Assembly (NCBI GenBank): GCA_013265495.1
Contig: MU058456.1
Location: forward strand, 558,001-622,000
Origin: Vicugna vicugna
Lineage: Eukaryota
Direction: 5' to 3'
Length of the DNA: 64,000 nt
The translations under genes were made by a program, and so were the position numbers. This document shows positions 1 through 12,195 of this stretch, in pieces. Each line of letters opens with the position of its first letter. Position 1 is the stretch's first letter. A model generated the notes under the pieces. The model was not told the origin of the DNA. It did no database searches and was given only the letters and a program-made list of their open reading frames with translations.

Positions 1-477
1 GGAAAACACCTGCCCAGTTCTCTTCAGGTTATCTTCTAATGGACAAGATGTCCCCCTCAGAGTTCTTTGTGGTCTCGTGTCTCTAGACACCTCCCACTCA
101 GTGGAGGGAGTAGAGGGAGAAGGCAGTAAGGCTATTATCTCCAAGGGCAAGACACCATGGAGACATTTCCATTGAGGAAATAACATGCTAAGGCAATCAG
201 TGACCTCTCAGTAGGACACACAAGACGTCACTGCCGGTTGCCTAGATAACATATCTCTGCTGAGCAGGTGGTTAGTTGTGCTAGAAACATTGTGTGGGTT
301 TTTATTGGGTGGTGGGGAGTTGGGAGGGAGAAGGATGTCATCTTTCTTTTCCTTTTGTCCTTACTGTTAAATGCCTGTCTTCATTATGTATAGAATGGCA
401 GGATTTTGGGTCCTGCACTTGTGCTGTTTCCCTCTGGGACTCTGGGTTGGGCCCATGTTGGAAACTATTGTGGTTTT

Positions 478-600
478 CTCTGACCAAGTAACTCAGGTTC
501 TTCAGTTATAAAATGCGGGATAATACCACCTACCTGGTTGATTTTTTTTTCATGAAGATTAAGTGAGCTAATATGTAGACAGTACAGTGAAGTACAGGAA
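478..600 (+). mobile_element. MIR SINE fragment
   Basis: Degenerate MIR core: ttcagttataaaatgcgggataatacc...gaagattaagtgagctaatatgtag. Confidence 0.6.
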
Positions 601-632
601 ACATTTTAAATAAATGGCCTCTGTTATTTTCT

Positions 633-1449
633 CTTTTTTAAACACTTTTTATTGATTTATAATCATTTTACAATGTTGTGTCAAATTCCAGTGTAGAGAA
701 CAATTTTTCAGTTATACATGAACATATATATATTCATTGTCACATTTTTTCTCTGTGAGCTACCATAAGATCTTGTATATATTTCCCTGTGCTATACAGT
801 ATAATCTTATTTATCTATTCTACAATTTTGAAATCCCAGTCTATCTCTTCCCACCCCCTGCTCCCCTTGGCAACCACAAGTTTATGTTCTATGTCTGTGA
901 GTCTATTTCTGTTTTGTATTTATGCTTTGTTTGGTTTTTTTTTTTTTTTAATTCCACATATGAGCGATCTCATGTGGTATTTTTCCTTCTCTTTCTGGCT
1001 TGCTTCACTTAGAATGACATTCTCCAGGAGCATCCATGTTGCTGCAAATGGAGTTATGTTGTTGGTTTTTATGGCTGAGTAGTATTTCATTGTATAAATA
1101 TACCACATCTTCTTTATCCAGTCATCTGTTGATGGACATTTAGGCTATTTCCATGTCTTGGCCATTGTAAATAATGCTGCTGTGAACACTGGGGTGCAGG
1201 TGTCATCCTGAAGTAGGGTTCCTTCTGGATATATGCCCAGGAGTGGGATTCCTGGGTCATATGGTAAGTCTATTCCTAGTCTTTTGAGGAAGGTCCATAC
1301 TGTTTTCCACAGTGGCTGCACCAAACTGCATTCCCACCAGCAGTGAAGGAGGACTCCCTTTTCTCCACAGCCTCTCCGGCATTTGTCATTTGTGGATTTT
1401 TGAATGATGGCCATCCTGACTGGTGTGAGGTGATACCTCATTGTAGTTT
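633..1449 (-). mobile_element. Young 5'-truncated LINE-1 (ORF2 C-terminus plus 3' UTR) with target-site duplication
   Basis: Minus-strand ORFs 1145-1441 ([13 protein letters not shown]...HCWWEC...[10 protein letters not shown]) and 920-1108 are the L1 ORF2p C-terminus. Flanking direct repeat aaatggcctctgttattttct at 612-632 and 1454-1474. Confidence 0.95.
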
Positions 1450-4400
1450 AAACAAATGGCCTCTGTTATTTTCTTCATGTAACTAAAGTATTATTGACGT
1501 TAGATTAGTTGGGTCATTTTAGTTAGGACTAGGGAAGATGTGGGACCTGAGTTTCATATATAGAATAGGCTGAAAATCAAAGTTCTTCTGTTGGTGTGTG
1601 CTGAAACTTTGAACAGAGGATAAATTTCCATGAAAAAAATGCACTTGAATTCAGAAAGGTAAGGTATCAAAGTATATCCAAGTTGAGATAGTTCTTTAGG
1701 TGGCTTCTGAAGGACGTTGGTTCTTTGGAATAGCATACTCTGAATTTGCCTGGAGTGAACAAAGCTTTTAAACACTCTAAATTACATGTAAGTGTATATA
1801 TAATCTTGAATATTTCAGTATCTTTGCTCTAGTCCTTTGCATGGTAGGTTTCTGGTGCATTTCTGATAACTAAGCCTAAGTTTTTTAATATGAGATGCCT
1901 TTGAATGATGGAAAAGTCATGACTATAAGAAATCTGATTTCTGTTGGATAGTGAACAAGTTTAGCTCAAAGATATCATTGGTCGGAGTCTATGGAAATAG
2001 GCCACAGAGAACACCTCTATCACAAGAATTTTACTGGAGTCAATTTTCACTTTCCCTTTAAGTACAACGTTGAAAACAGGCTGAAGGAATTTCAGTTTCT
2101 TTTGGAAGGGGTTGGTAAAATGCTCCTTGACAAAAGTCATGATGGCTGTCTTTATACCAGTAGGTGCTAAATGTAACTTTCTGAAGAAATAGCACCCAGA
2201 GACCAGTATTTAGGTCTGGTGGAGGTATTTGTAGGGTAAGCTAAGAAAGGAAGAGGGAGAGGGGAATGCTCAGTCTGCCGTGGTTCCTGGCTTTCCTTGT
2301 GTACCATTTGCTTTTTGGTTGTTTTTGCTCTGTTTTGTAAACACAATACTACATTTCCAGTGAAGTTAATTGAAGCAAAAACATATTTAGCTGTTACATT
2401 TGCTTTTTGGAAAAAAAGAGAGAAGTGGACCAGCACTTAATTGACCCATTTAATATAGGAAGGATAAGATAAATGTGTGCTTTATTTGAGTGAGGACAAT
2501 GATCATGCAATTAGGGGTATTTAGTTACGGGTTTTGTCCTGTAATCTGAGTAAGAACAGTATGGGTTTCATTGATGCTGGGCTTTGAAGCTGGGGCGGGG
2601 GTGTGCCTGGGAAATGATAAGGTACGTTAGAAATCTGGTCTTTGAGTATGCACGTGTGTTAATTTAAATTACAAGTGAAATATATGAAGGGCTTTGTTTA
2701 CATGAAATTAAAGAAATGACGGTGCTGATTAGCTCTGTTCCTTGGAATTCTATTCATGTAAGCAGTGTGGTGCACGTTTTGCTTGTGTCCTGCATGCCCA
2801 AGCATTTGGTCTGAAGACAGCGTTCTTTTTTCTTAATGAAATGTATATTAACTATGCAGGCCCTTCATAGAGCAGTGTTTTAATCATCCTCTGTTGATTT
2901 ATACATCACTTCATTGCTGCACATTGAGGGCCTGTTACTCTGCTTTTCTCGGATTCTCATTTTCTCGCCCCGATGTGCATCATGCTTTGGGAATCTCCTA
3001 AAATTTTTTTCCCCTGTGGGAAGCAGTTGTGATGAGGAAGCCACCAAAGGCCAGCTGTGTTGTTGCTTTCTCTTGGCTTCCTGAGGTGCAGAGCACAAAT
3101 CGTGGGCTTAGAGACATGTTGTCATTGTCCATAACTGATAATGGGTATCTGAACTTACTTAAAATTAATAAATGCTGAGTGTCCAGCTTTGGCATGAGCC
3201 TGAATGATTTATTGCCAGCTGCTGATGCCAAGAGGATGTTTTGCATTTACCAGAGGAGTGGGGCTCTGTCAGTGGTGCCTGAATTTCCTGCCAGGGGCCC
3301 TTTTGAGGCAGGGCCGTGAGCAGCTTTGTGAATGGTGGTAGTTCTTTGAACCTCGGCTTGTTGTTCCAAGCTGGCCAGTACAAATAGGAATATTTTATTT
3401 TATTTTCCTTTTGTTTTAATGTTAATTTGAGTGAGAGGAAATGGAGATCTGGTTGGTATGGATAAAGGATGCCTGCATGGACTTGAATAAATAAATCGAA
3501 TCCCTTGCCTTCCACCTGCAACTTTTAGAATCTCATTTGGATTGAAAGACTAGAGCTGGATTTTACGCAGGAAGAAAACTCTGCTCTCTTCATTATTATT
3601 CATGGTCAGATCCCTGAATCTCCTCCCTGAAGAGATGTATTCTTCCCAGCAAATTAAAACATCCTTTTTTCTAGAGGCCAAATGATGATGGTGTCAACTA
3701 TTGATGAAGATGAATAGGTAATTCTTTTCTCAATTTATACATTCCTTCCCCCCCCTCACTGTTCAGGATGGGGTTTACGCATTGAAACCAAGATCCAATA
3801 TTTCATTTCCTCCCTTCTCTGCAGGTTGTATGCCTTGTGTTAATCTTCTGGTTAGGTAATGGAGGAAAATATTTGAAAATGTGAATAGCTCATTATAAGG
3901 GCATTTGACACAAGCATATTTGCTGATGACGGATTGCCGATCGGTGGTAATTTAAAGGGATTCTGAATAGTAGTTAAGGTAGAACATTTTTCTCGCATTA
4001 ATCAATTAAGATCAAGGTAGTTTAAATTACAGATATCTGTCAAAGTCTCTAAGTAAAATGTAGATTGTAGAAGCTGGTTATCAGATGAATGTCCATTATC
4101 TTATGCTTATCTACTATATATTTCCCCTGCTTAATCAAATTCTCATGAAAGAAGCCATTGGTTAACAATATGCCATTTTACCCTATGTACCCGTATACAT
4201 TCTCAAAAAGGAAAAAGTACTTTAAAACGTGGTAGAGAATGAAAACTGGGACTAGAAAGGAATATTGACTTTGAAGAGTTTCAAGATATTGGCAATAGAA
4301 ACACATCAAATTTTAATCTAAACAGGCAACGCAACTTTAAGCAAGTACGTCTTTAGCAGTGTGACCTAGTTACACATACTCCTTAAAAGAGGCATTAGCC

Positions 4401-7349
4401 CACCTCTGAAAATGATGTGGTTATGTGTTCATTTATGGAAAAACATCATGGTTGTGCCCCAGGTGAGAGAGTGTTGTTGAGAGGCATTTTGGAGCTTCCA
4501 AAGAGATGCCTGAATGCATAATAACACTTCAGTTTGATCATGACTTGCTTTATTATAAAGCAGCATTGGGCACAGCTTAGCAATATCCAAAGATCAGAAC
4601 AGCTGTTATCTGCGGAACCACTGGGGTGTATCTGTCAGACGTCTGCATATAGAACAAGGTGTTTCAGTTAATGTGTCATGATAGTTTAATTACATCACCT
4701 TTTTTGGGAATTTGCTTGATTCCTGGTCCAAGAGCATCCAGCGAGATGGCATCCTCTCAATTTCTCTTCCTTTAGCAGCTTTCACTCCTGTTACTGTTGG
4801 GTTAGGTTATATCTGCTTATTTCTAAAATACACATAGAAATAAATAAATTGTGTGTATATGTACAGTTTTTTTTTCTGTCCCTCTCCGCTAAATCCCTGA
4901 AAGCTGAAATATTTTAGTATTTCAGCACTCATTCTCTGCAGAGAGTATACAGTTGTTAGGAGCTCAGTAAATATTGTCATTGGCTGGTAAGGAAGGATAA
5001 TCCACAAACCTTCCACTGGCTGGCTCTCCAGAGCCACTTGAGTCTCAGATGGAGTCCAGGGTATTTGGGGCCGTCCTGTGTAAAGTGGGACCATTTCTCC
5101 ATTGCTCTCAAAATGCTTAATCTTAACTGTTTTATCCCTCCTTTGTATCAGTTTACATTCCTTTATAAATAGGAGTGCTTAGCTGAAAATAGTTCATCTC
5201 TGAATCTGTACACTTTATGTTTAAGATGAATCAGTGTTCTTAGTGTTTCCCGGGGTTTCACTTTCCGGAATAGTGCTGTCCTGAGTACCTTCCTGAGACT
5301 GCTAGTGTCCCGTGCTCTACCCTAAAGAACAGCTTATGCGATGTATCTGAGACCATGTCTCTTGGAGACACTGCAGAAATGATGAGAAAGGCCTAATTCA
5401 CTTGCCATTTGTGTGTTCTTTTTGACACTATAAATACAGTTGATGTAGAAAAACTGAGTTTTTCTAAGAAATGAAATATTCTGGTGAATTTTTTTCTACT
5501 CATAATAGAGCCAAAAATTATTTAAACCACTGAAACAATTGAGAAGTGTTCTGCTTGCTGTCTTGGAGCTACAGAAAGTGTTTTATATTCAAAACTAACC
5601 TCACAAAATAACTGCACCTAGAATGAGGATGAGGTTAAAAATGCAGATGTTAAAAATTTAGATTGCACACATTTCATTTTAGTTTAATCACTATTACCTA
5701 AAAAAAGTTTGCCAGAAATATTAGTAAGTGTTCCTTTTACATGAACGTATGTATTTTCTCCTCTTCAATATCTAGTTTTTGGTAAGAATGAAGGTGATGT
5801 TTTCAACTGCTTGGAAGAGAGGCTAGGTTAACATCTATGTAATACATTTATTAAATTCTGCAAATTTTTTCCCCTAAGAGATCAAGAAGTACGTATTGTA
5901 GGATCCATGGACCTTGAGGATTTACAGAGATAGCCTGAAATTGTTAGCAAAAGTTAGTATTTATTCTGCCTATGTGTTTATTTGGGGAGAAGAGCTATAA
6001 TTTTTATAGATCCTGAGAACTTCACAGGTTGACTCACTTATTAGATTCAGCTATCCCGGATTGCAGGGGCTATGTTTACTTAGCACTTTACCCTACCATT
6101 CCTTTTACAGTACCTTAACAGAGGGTAAGCATTCAGTACATACTTTTGGAACATAATTGGAAACCATTTCAAAAGTGATGCACCACCTTTGTTTTTGTCT
6201 AAGTAAAAGGAGTCTTTGATAACTTTTATTTTTTCAGTGCTTCTGATGTAAGGTTTCCATTATTCTACCTGGTACAGTGACACGGAACACTTAATCCTAG
6301 AGGCAATAGCTGTGGGATCTGGGGAATCTGGAGAAGCTAGTTTCCCCTTTTCCACTGCTTGCTTTCTGCTGGAGCTGACGGACTCCCCTGCAAACCTTGG
6401 CACCATCTTGCTTTCACTCACCTGACTCTTACACTGTTGTCCCTTTCTTTTCTGTCCTCATCCAGGGTGGCTTAGTGCCTCAGTTAACCTTTTTACTTTT
6501 TTTAGAAGTTACACCTTAGACTGTTCTAGATTGAGCATCTCCCTGCTATCACTTATGCCCACAACTAGGACAGAGGCAAAAGGTGCAAATTGTCAGGAGA
6601 TGGAGAATCCTTTGGCAACTGTGTGTCCTGTGGGTTTTTGTGCTTTTGCGTGTGCGCCTTGGCGTCTGTGTGCCTCCCAGCCTGCTGACACACACATGAT
6701 ACGAGCTGTATTTTTATTCTGCATCAGTCACTGAATTACTGTTGAATAAGACAGTAAATGACTTACAGAATCAAATGCAAGTTCTGAGGAGAGGTAGAAA
6801 GGCAGAAAGCACCATTGAGCCACTGCAGTTGGCAATGGATTAGTGTCAGGGGACGGGATTCCTCCTGGAGTTATTCTACCAAATTCTTTAAGTCTTTTTT
6901 TGGGAAAAAGTTAGAATATGGAAAAAGAAAGGCACGGGTAGTCATTTCACAGCCTTACATTCAGGTACCATTAGCTGTGACCCATTCCTGTTACTTTTCT
7001 CTGTTCAGGAGTTTCCTGAGTCGTGCGGAAGTGAAAGGAGGCCCATCGTGGTGATGGGTGGTGTGATGTAGAGGAACGAAACTGCTTTTCACTTGTGGTA
7101 CAAGGAAGGTTATTTTCAAAAGATCTTGACAGCAGTGAAGAGAAGAACCATTCTACGCTTAAGTATGACAAAGAAGAAACCTAGGGTTAGGGACTCCAGG
7201 GAGTACTATACTTGATTGAACATCTTGCATCTGTCATATACCTGGGCTATCAATGTGAATATGTAGCCCATCGCATAAAGTCACTGTGCACATGCCATTC
7301 ATACAAAATGCACACGTATGCACACACCCAGGCCAAAGAACACTTGATA

Positions 7350-7973
7350 TATTACTTACCTTTGCTGTTTAAGAAATTATCCCCCAAATGTAGCTGCTTA
7401 AAAAAAACAAAAAAGAACAAAACAACCCAAAACCAAATCCAGCAAGTTACTCTCTCAAAGTTTGTTGAATTAGTAATTCAGGAGCAGCTTATCTGTGTGA
7501 TTCTGCCTTGAGCTCATTCATGAGGATGCAGCCAGGGCTACAGTCATCTGAAGGTTTGACTGGGCAGGAGAATTCACTTCCAAGATGTTTTCCTCACACA
7601 GCTGGCCTGTTGGTGCTGGCTGTTGTCAGGAAGCCTCAGTTCCTCACCATATGGGCTTCTCCATAGGGATGCTTGGATGTCCTCATGGCGTGGCAGCTGG
7701 CTTCTCCCAGACCAAGTATTTAATACATGGAAGGGGAGGAATGGATGGACAGGCTAGCAGGGGAGATGAGGGGAGAGGGAGAGGACAAGGAGAAACCCAC
7801 AATGCCTTGTATGGCCAAGTTTTAGAAGTTACACATCATCATTTCTGCCCTGTTACATTCCTTAGAAGCAAGCACTAAGTATAGCCTGCACTGAAAAGGG
7901 GAGCGTTATCAAGGTCTACCTCTTAAAAGAAGGAGTACCAAAGAGTTCCTGTACATGTAATAAAACCACCACA
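7350..7973 (-). mobile_element. MaLR solo LTR (MLT1F/G/H-like)
   Basis: Characteristic MLT1 text cagtcatctgaaggtttgactggg...cacttccaagatg...gcctcagttcctc, ending aaaccaccaca. Confidence 0.75.
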
Positions 7974-8554
7974 TCTGGGCAGCTGAGACTCTCTTCTTGG
8001 CCTCGTGTCCATCCATACACTTTGGTCCCTTAGACCTGCTTCTACATGTATGCTCTTCCCAAGTCTAAGGTCCATCCTGGAGAGGCTGTTTGATCCTTGA
8101 GGTCTACTTTGCTGGAAGGAGCTTGAAGCTCCTAAGAAGCTTCTGAGTGAAACATCTGTAGGACAAACGAACCTTTCTCTTGCCCATATTGATCACTACT
8201 CACAACATAACTCCAAGTCACTCTCTCTTGACCTTGTTCTATCAAAGGCCCCTTCAGGAAAGCTTGAGACAGATGTGGAAGGCAGGGAGTGAGTGGGTAA
8301 CAACCCTGTCCCGCCATTTGCATTAGTCAGGGTGCTCCAAAGAGACAGGGCCCAGACACCTAAAATTAGCCATCACATGGTTCTTTTCTGTAAGAGTTTT
8401 TGACTTCATACCAGGAAGCACTCGTGAGTTGTTCCTCATTGGGATGGGCTGCGTTGTGAGTATACGGGTCCTCTCAGAGCTCATTATGCTCAGAGCTCTG
8501 TGAGGGGTATTGGCACATCAGCTGCAAAGTTTTACTGAGCACCTACCCTATCGG

Positions 8555-8850
8555 TTAAGCCTCGGTGGCTTGAAGCACAAAGGTTTATTTCTTGCTCGTG
8601 CTTTATATCAGTTCTGGCTTTGCTTGGCTCTTGTCCCCACTCCGGGACAGGCTGACAGAGCTGCCCTATCTGAAGCAGAATGGGATGGGGGCCCTGGAGG
8701 CTCTCATACCTGTAGCTAAGTGCTTTAGCCAGGACACGACACGCATCACTTTTCCTCAGACTGGCTGGTCAGGCCCTGTCACGTGGCTCTATCCATCCAC
8801 AGGGGGCAGGAAGACAATGCTACGGTGTGCCCAGAAGGTGGAGAGCCCAA
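8555..8850 (-). mobile_element. Old MaLR LTR fragment (MLT1J/K/L-like)
   Basis: gtggcttgaagcacaaaggtttatttcttgctc and catcacttttcctcagactggctggtcagg...gtcacgtggc motifs. Confidence 0.5.
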
Positions 8851-9644
8851 GGACAGTCCAGGCAGCACTAACGGCCACTGTACCTACGTGCTGGGCACTC
8901 TTCCAGCCTCTGGGCTTTCCCCAGGGAATGAAACAGCCTCATCCCTGCCTTCCCAAAGCTTGTGTTCTGGGGAGGGGGCAGGGCAGGGGTGGTGACAATA
9001 AGCAAACAAGTGTGACACACGGTGCTTTAGATGATAGGTACCACAGAGGGGGAAAAACGGGGGGAGGGTCAAGAGTGTATGTGGAGGGTGGTTCTAGATT
9101 CTAAAGGTATTTCGGGGAGGCCAGAGTATGTGGCCATGACATTCTCCTTCAGTTCGAAGATGCTGTGGCAGGGCTGCCTTCTTGCTTTTTTTTTTTTTTT
9201 TTTTGATGGGGGGGAATTTTTAGCTGCTGCCAGGCCTTGGGCACTGCGAACCATATCATAGTCCTAGGCTGCTTACAGATAAAGTTCATTCGACTTCTTT
9301 GACTTTTTATTTCTAACTTGGTGATGTCCACTGTTGATGAATAAATTTTGGTTATGAGATGTTGTGACTACGTAAGATTCTGAAATGTAAGAATTCTTTA
9401 AAGATTTTAGGTAGATCGTTGCCCTCTTTTAGGGCAGTTATCGAAGTCTGGAATTATTGATACCTTCCCTGTCGTTCTCCTGGAGATCTTTTTTTTCCCT
9501 TTGTTTTAATGAACTACAGTGATGAGTGATTCATTAAGTAAAAAATGTCCTCCCTCAGTTATGTTTGTGTGATTATGTCAAGTCGTTTCTCAGTTTTCAA
9601 AAATAATTCATGGAATTGACTGTCTTGCTCATTCCTATACTCTT

Positions 9645-9775
9645 TTTTCTCTTACAAAAAAAATTGGGGGGGGGAATTAGGTTTATTTATTTATTTAATG
9701 AAAGTACTGGGGATTGAACCCAGGACCTCTTGCATGCTAAGCATGTGCTCTGCCACTGAGCTAGACCCTCCCTGC
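9645..9775 (-). mobile_element. Lineage-specific tRNA-derived SINE (camelid type)
   Basis: Reverse complement reads GGGAGGGTCTAGCTCAGTGGCAGAGCACATGCTTAGCATGCAAGAGGTCCTGGGTTCAATCCCCAGTAC (Pol III A and B boxes) plus a (TAAA)n tail. Imperfect TSD ctcattcctatactctt / ctctttcctatattctt. Confidence 0.9.
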
Positions 9776-11504
9776 CTCTTTCCTATATTCTTATTCATTT
9801 GGGAAATGGGGAAATGGTACATAGTTCTACATTTTTAGTGAAATACCATTTATGGAATATAAAACATACATTTCTGGATAATTCTGCTGTTACTGCCTCC
9901 TTTCCCAGAGAGAGAGGTCACACACCTGTTTAGCTACATCTTTCTCCAGTTGTTGGAGGAGAGGTCCTTCTTGCTTATTTTCCTTGACCTCTCTACCCTC
10001 ATGGCAGGAATTCTGGGGAGAAAAAGGAGGTGAGTAAAACTGGTTTGTGTCAATCAGAAAGGAATACCAATCAGGTGTGAGGAATGACTGGCCTGCTTCG
10101 GAACCCAGCTCCAGGGAGTTGTTTTTTTTTTTTTTTTTGCATGGCTAACCCTCCTCTCATTGTACACATAGGTGGAGGCATTTTAACCTTATTTAGGTCT
10201 TCTTTTCTTTCCTTCTCAATAATGCATCTCTTAACTCCTTGGGATAGTTGTCACCTGATAATGCTCTCAAGTACAAAGTCTACATTTATTCACGTGATGC
10301 ATATGCTAAGTATTGACTATGTCAGGACTTTGGCTAAATTTTGGGAGGCACAGATTAGAGATTAGGATTCACGGGGAGCAGCAGACATACTAACCAAGAA
10401 TGGGATTATGTTTTCCTGTATAAATGCTAAAACAGAGGAGCCAGCAAAGCATTTTTCTAATTTTTATCTACTGAGCAGGGAAAGTTATTTTCCATCGCCC
10501 TTGCCACTTTTGCATTCCATACTTTGTAGGTAGCATTTATGGAGGTGTGTTCCTCATTCTGTAGTACGTGTCGCTTTGGAACTTCGCTGTGAGTGATTTT
10601 TAGGTATGTCAGTGGCATTATAAATTAAAGGCTACACTGGGATGTTAGTCCACACACCTGTCTTGGGAGTGCTTGGAAAATCATGAAGCTAAGTCACCAA
10701 GAGTCCTAACTGCCTGTGGGCTCCCACACCTCCAGGAAGAGGTAAGCATGTTAATATGGGTAGATGGTTCCTTTAGGACAAATCAGTTATGCCTGAGACA
10801 CCATCTGAACACTTGTGAGCAAAGCATAAAGGCTGATAGACAGTCTGCAAGGAGACAGAGGAGACAGAGCAGGGACATTCAAGAACATGGTCTGAGGTAG
10901 AAAAGAATAAGGGGTTGCTGTATGTCTTGTCTCAGGACATACGGTGATAACTGATCTTGAAACACAGTCTAGTAGCACGTGCTGTCCCTTACAGTTAAAA
11001 CATTTCTGCTGTGGAGACTCCTCCAGCACTGTGGAATGCAGAAACCTAAATGGAAGGTGCCAAGTTTTTCTATTTCAACATTCTCACCAAGCATCATCTC
11101 TCAGAAATGAGGTGCACAGTGTTTATATCAGTGCCTGGCCCGCAGAAGGCCTTCTGTAACTATCAGTTCCCCTCCTCCTTTCTTCTTTTGCTCACTGTTG
11201 CCCTGTGTCAGTGAGGCTTCCATAGTTCAGTGAGTTTGTTTTGGAAGTAGTCTTAGGACGTTTGTGTAATGTCAGGGGTGGGTGGAAATAGAGGAGTTCA
11301 CTGAGGTTATGGTCCAAAAACAGGGGGTGGAAAAGAAAGCAGGCTTGGGAAGCCTCCTCCATCAGTCCAAGTGGTCTGCACCTTGGACCAGGTGCAACGT
11401 AAAACTGTTGGTCTGCAGCTGGGTGACAGGGCCAGGGCTGCCTAAACACAGATGGGACTCAAGGAAGAGGGTGGGCCTGACAGCTAGCTGGGGGCCTCAG
11501 TCTT

Positions 11505-11670
11505 TATTGATCACTAGCTCTGATGCCTTGGGTAAGTCACTTAAACTCCCTAAACCTCAGTTTCCTCATCTGTAAAGTGGGGATGAAAATAATACCACAT
11601 CAGAGGGTTGTTTCAACAATTAAATAAGATAATGTGCCCACAGCACTTAGAACATGCCTGCCGCAGTGAG
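11505..11670 (+). mobile_element. MIR SINE
   Basis: MIR core ccttgggtaagtcacttaaactccctaaacctcagtttcctcatctgtaaagtgggga. Confidence 0.85.
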
Positions 11671-12017
11671 GGTTGTGCCTAGTGAAGGAGGGGGGAGGAG
11701 TGGACTGAAATTATGGAAAGAGCCACCTTGTTCAATTTTTCTCAAACATGCTGAACTCACTCTTGCTTCAGTTCCCCTTCTCTTCGCTTAGAAGCCTCTT
11801 CCCCCTGCACTGCTCCCTCCCTCCAGGTCTCTGTTCACCTGGCCCCCTGTCAGAGAGATGGCCCCTCACCACCCACGTGATAGAGGGGCCCGTTCCCACT
11901 GTTGCTGCTTCACAGCCCCATGACCACCTCAGGAAAGGGGTTGGCCTTACTCCCTGCTCTCTCCGTGCTGCCCAAGCAGTACTTGGCCCACAGTGGATGC
12001 TCATTTACTGAAGAAAT

Positions 12018-12195
12018 CAGGCACTGGCAAACTTGTTCAGTCAAGGGCCAGACAGTAAACATTTCAGGCTTTGTGTGCCATACGGGCTCGGTAATACCTG
12101 CTCAGCCCTGCTGCTGTGGACGGGATATTAACCAATGAGCATGGCTGTGGTCCAGTATTTTACTCAGCATATGGGCTGTAGTTTGCTGATTCCTG
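12018..12195 (+). mobile_element. MER58A-like hAT-Charlie MITE
   Basis: Terminal inverted repeats caggcactggcaaact ... agtttgctgattcctg; internal aagggccagacagtaaacatttcaggctttg. Confidence 0.8.

Noticed and set aside
1..300. Possible LTR fragment at the window start
   Set aside because: I could not identify termini or a family with any confidence.
3675..3855. Two small AG...GT pseudo-exons (3675-3717 and 3825-3855)
   Set aside because: Weak donors (gtaatt, gtaatg), lengths not multiples of three, and an in-frame stop in the first; such pairs are common by chance.
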